Origin: Tubiluchus corallicola
Lineage: Eukaryota > Animalia > Priapulida
Length of the DNA stretch: 64,000 nucleotides
NCBI GenBank assembly: GCA_030141605.1
Contig: JAQGDQ010000134.1
Span: 266,978-330,977, forward strand
Direction: 5' to 3'
Part shown: positions 61,200-64,000 of the stretch, one piece after another
Layout: each line of letters begins with the position of its first letter
Position numbering within the stretch: the stretch's first letter is position 1
Position numbers and translations under genes: made by a program
Notes under the pieces: generated by a model
Databases searched by the model: none
What the model saw: the letters and a program-made list of their open reading frames with translations, nothing else
What the model was told of the DNA's origin: nothing

Positions 61200-62913
61200 A
61201 AGTATGGCGCTGCGGAGCAATGGCAGCAGTTTCAAACGTTTTGAGCTCCGCAAAAATTTTTGAAAATATAGCAAATATTTAAATTATTAGCCGAAATTAG
61301 TGCAATAACCTTAGTTTGTCTAGATTACTCAATGGTTGTGGAAACAAGAAATAGCAAAAACCGTCAGTGTAAATCAACGGAAGAAACAAATAACGTTAAT
61401 ACTTTGGAATCCGGTAATAGGACAATAGACGAAGTAATGGCGGGAAAGTCGAAACCAGCTGAGAATTTCAAAACTCGACAACCTGAACCCCAACAATTGT
61501 AACCCAGCATCTCAAATTAAACAGTACAACATCCAAAACGTTACCAGTTACAGATTTAGTTGCAAGAGGAAGGCAAGATGAAGATATCATGAACGTAGGG
61601 CAAGCTACAAACGAAACAATCCAGGTACGTTCGTTAGACAGCCACTTTAAAAATGAAGTGCACGAAATTAAAGAATCTCAAAGTTTTATCTCTGGTAACT
61701 TCGAGGACTTTAAAAATGAAATCAAAGGAGTTGTTTGCGATGTCAAAACCCTAAAAACTAAAGTGAAATCACTAGAAGAAACTGTCACTGTACTAGACCA
61801 GAAACTCAAAGAGAAAGATACAGCTGTCGATAATTTAGAGCAGTACGTGTATCGAGATTAGTGGGGTGCCTATGTTACCTGATGAAGACACAAATAAAAT
61901 AGTTCTTTCTAGATATTGCAGTCAAACTGGGAGTACAGCTACAGACAGAGGAAATCAGCACATCACACAGGCTGCCACAAAATAGACAAGGCGATATGCC
62001 AAAATAATTCTGAAATTTGTACGAAAGGAGAAGAGATGAAGGAGAAGGAGAAGGAGAAGAGATGAAGTGTTCAGAAATCGCAAACAAATCGGATGCACGT
62101 GGGACCTAGGAACAAATCATTACTATGGTAGAAGCAGAATCTACATCAACGAGAGTTTAACAGCTAAGAGACGGCAACTATTGCATGAGTGTCTGCAGTT
62201 CAAAAAAGAAAAGGGTTACAAGTATTTATGGACCAGAATTGGAAAAATCCTGTTAAAGCCTAATGATGTGAGTGAAGTTTTTACAATTGAATCTGAAAAA
62301 GATTTTGAAAATATAAAAGACAAACTAAAAAATGAATGTGTTACATCTAATAGAATAGCTAATTAAGCTGTTTACTTGTAACTAATTTTACTAATTATGC
62401 CTGCTCAGTATCCTTGCAAGCAATGTACTAAACCTTGCAGGACTAATCAGCTATGTATACAATGTGATGTGTGTCAAGACTGTCAATTTGAATGAATTTA
62501 ATACTTACGCAAATTCAAATGATGCATATTACTGTATGTTATGTTTGAACTCGATACTACTGTTTCAATATAAAGAAAATGAAGATGTATATAATTTTTT
62601 TTTACAATTGACGCCTCATTATCGAGTTTATCAAATTTCGAGAAATACTGTCATAAACACTAAAGATATGCAAATTGAAAACATATGTATAGAAATTGAA
62701 ATTGCACCCATTTATAGACATCCAAACACTAACATTGACCAGTTCCAAAACGTACTTGAACACAAAATGACGTTAGTAAATAAAGCAAATATGACATAAA
62801 TGTAAACTTGTTACAAAACCAGTGAAAGGCCATTAGTTGCAAATTACATGAATATGCTGTTCTCAAATAATTTTATGCCCATCATAACCAAACCCACAAG
62901 AATAACTGAAACT
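61200..62913 (+). mobile_element. Decayed 5' part of a CR1/L2-group LINE (ORF1, PHD finger, partial AP endonuclease)
   Basis: ORF1 remnants: coiled coil then LEQY...GVP...EISTSHRLP and IYINESLTAKRR...GYKYLWTRIGKI; PHD-like YPCKQCTKPCRTNQLCIQCDVC at about 62400; endonuclease pieces IYRHPN and PIITKPTRIT. Multiple stops and frameshifts. Confidence 0.8.
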
Positions 62914-63680
62914 ATAAAATATCTTCTGTGCGAAGTAGAACAATATATCCGAAAACAAATACCTTTACGCTGTTACAAGTGTCATGCTTTTGGTCACGTT
63001 GCTAAGTGGTGCAGAAATAAAGCCAACTGTGGTAAATGCGGAAATCTGCATAAAACATCTGAATGCAATAGCAAAGAGATAAAGTGCTACAATTGCAAAA
63101 GTGAGCATGAAGCCAATTCCAAGAATTGCTCTACATACTTAGATCAGTTCAAAAGACTTAACCGTATCTAATGGCTGCATCTTCTAGGTGTCTCAGTGTA
63201 TGCCAAATTAATATAAATACTTTTTCTGTTCGTTCACAATATGCGTTAGACAAATATGTAAACTCCTACTACTTTGATATTGTTACAGTACAAGAAGTGA
63301 AAGCTAAACAATACGATGATGTGACTCTTACTAATTATCAAAGTTATGTCAAAAATAAGGACCCAAATACTAGTGGATGTGCAGCATTCGTAAAAAATGG
63401 ATTGATTAGTTGCAGACTACACGAATTAGAAGATAACAACACAGATACAATTTGGGTTTTAGTTAAAGGCAAAGGTTTGAAAATGACTGTAGCTTCTGTA
63501 TATGTTCTGCCAAACAAAGTCGAGCACATGCAATCAATGCTAGCTTCTTTCAAAAAGGCCTGCCTATTTTCTGATCAACAAAGCCTAGACGGTGTTATGC
63601 TAACTGGAGATCTAAACAGTAGAAGTTTTATGTGGGATGTAAAAACTAACTCACATGGGCAACTTTTAAATGACTTTGTT
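62914..63680 (+). mobile_element. Fragment of a second LINE (I/Nimb/Jockey-type): ORF1 triple CCHC knuckles and ORF2 AP endonuclease
   Basis: PLRCYKCHAFGHVAKWC-CGKCGNLHKTSEC-CYNCKSEHEANSKNC, TAATG stop/start overlap at 63169-63173, then QININ, DIVTVQE, VASVY, GDLNSRS...W endonuclease motifs. Confidence 0.85.
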
Positions 63681-63722
63681 TGGTCTAGTACATATCCAGT
63701 ACTGCCTGTTGCACCGTTGGTT

Positions 63723-64000
63723 GAAGCTACAATCATTTTCAAACCTTTGCCTTTAACTAAAACCCAAATTGTATCTGTGTTGTTATCTTCTAATTCGTGT
63801 AGTCTGCAACTAATCAATCCATTTTTTACGAATACTGCACATCCACTTGTATTTGGGTCCTTATTTTTGACATAACTTTGATAATTAGTTAGAGTCACGT
63901 CATCGTATTGTTTAGCTTTCACTTCCTGTACTGTAACAATATCAAAGTAGTAGGAGTTTACATATTTGTCTAACGCATATTGTGAACGAACAGAAAAAGT
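63723..64000 (-). mobile_element. Inverted copy of the LINE endonuclease segment 63219-63496 (runs off the right edge)
   Basis: Reverse complement matches 63219-63496 with about 5 substitutions in 278 bp. Confidence 0.92.

Overview
AT-rich, intron-rich animal genomic DNA, most consistent with a non-chordate, probably non-arthropod bilaterian invertebrate (inferred from gene content). By manual splice reconstruction the window holds: (1) the first coding exon of TBC1D7 (minus strand, gene runs off the left edge) with a divergent tRNA-Leu(TAA); (2) a complete 10-exon, 517-aa signal peptide + CBM14 + LDLa + CE4 chitin-deacetylase-like gene with an intact frame but every canonical catalytic and zinc-binding residue substituted, i.e. 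a likely pseudoenzyme; (3) a small secreted Jelly belly/HEN-1-like (invertebrate ALK ligand) gene that the ORF track misses entirely; (4) a 14-exon, 658-aa cytoplasmic intermediate filament gene with long coil 1b and lamin-tail domain, carrying a keratin-like glycine-rich insert. Repeats include an internally deleted THAP/P-type transposon with perfect 58-bp TIRs, several MITEs, tRNA- and 5S-derived SINE-like pieces, LINE remnants (one chimeric with an inverted duplication), minisatellites and two local duplications. Family assignments rest on recalled motifs; no database search was run.
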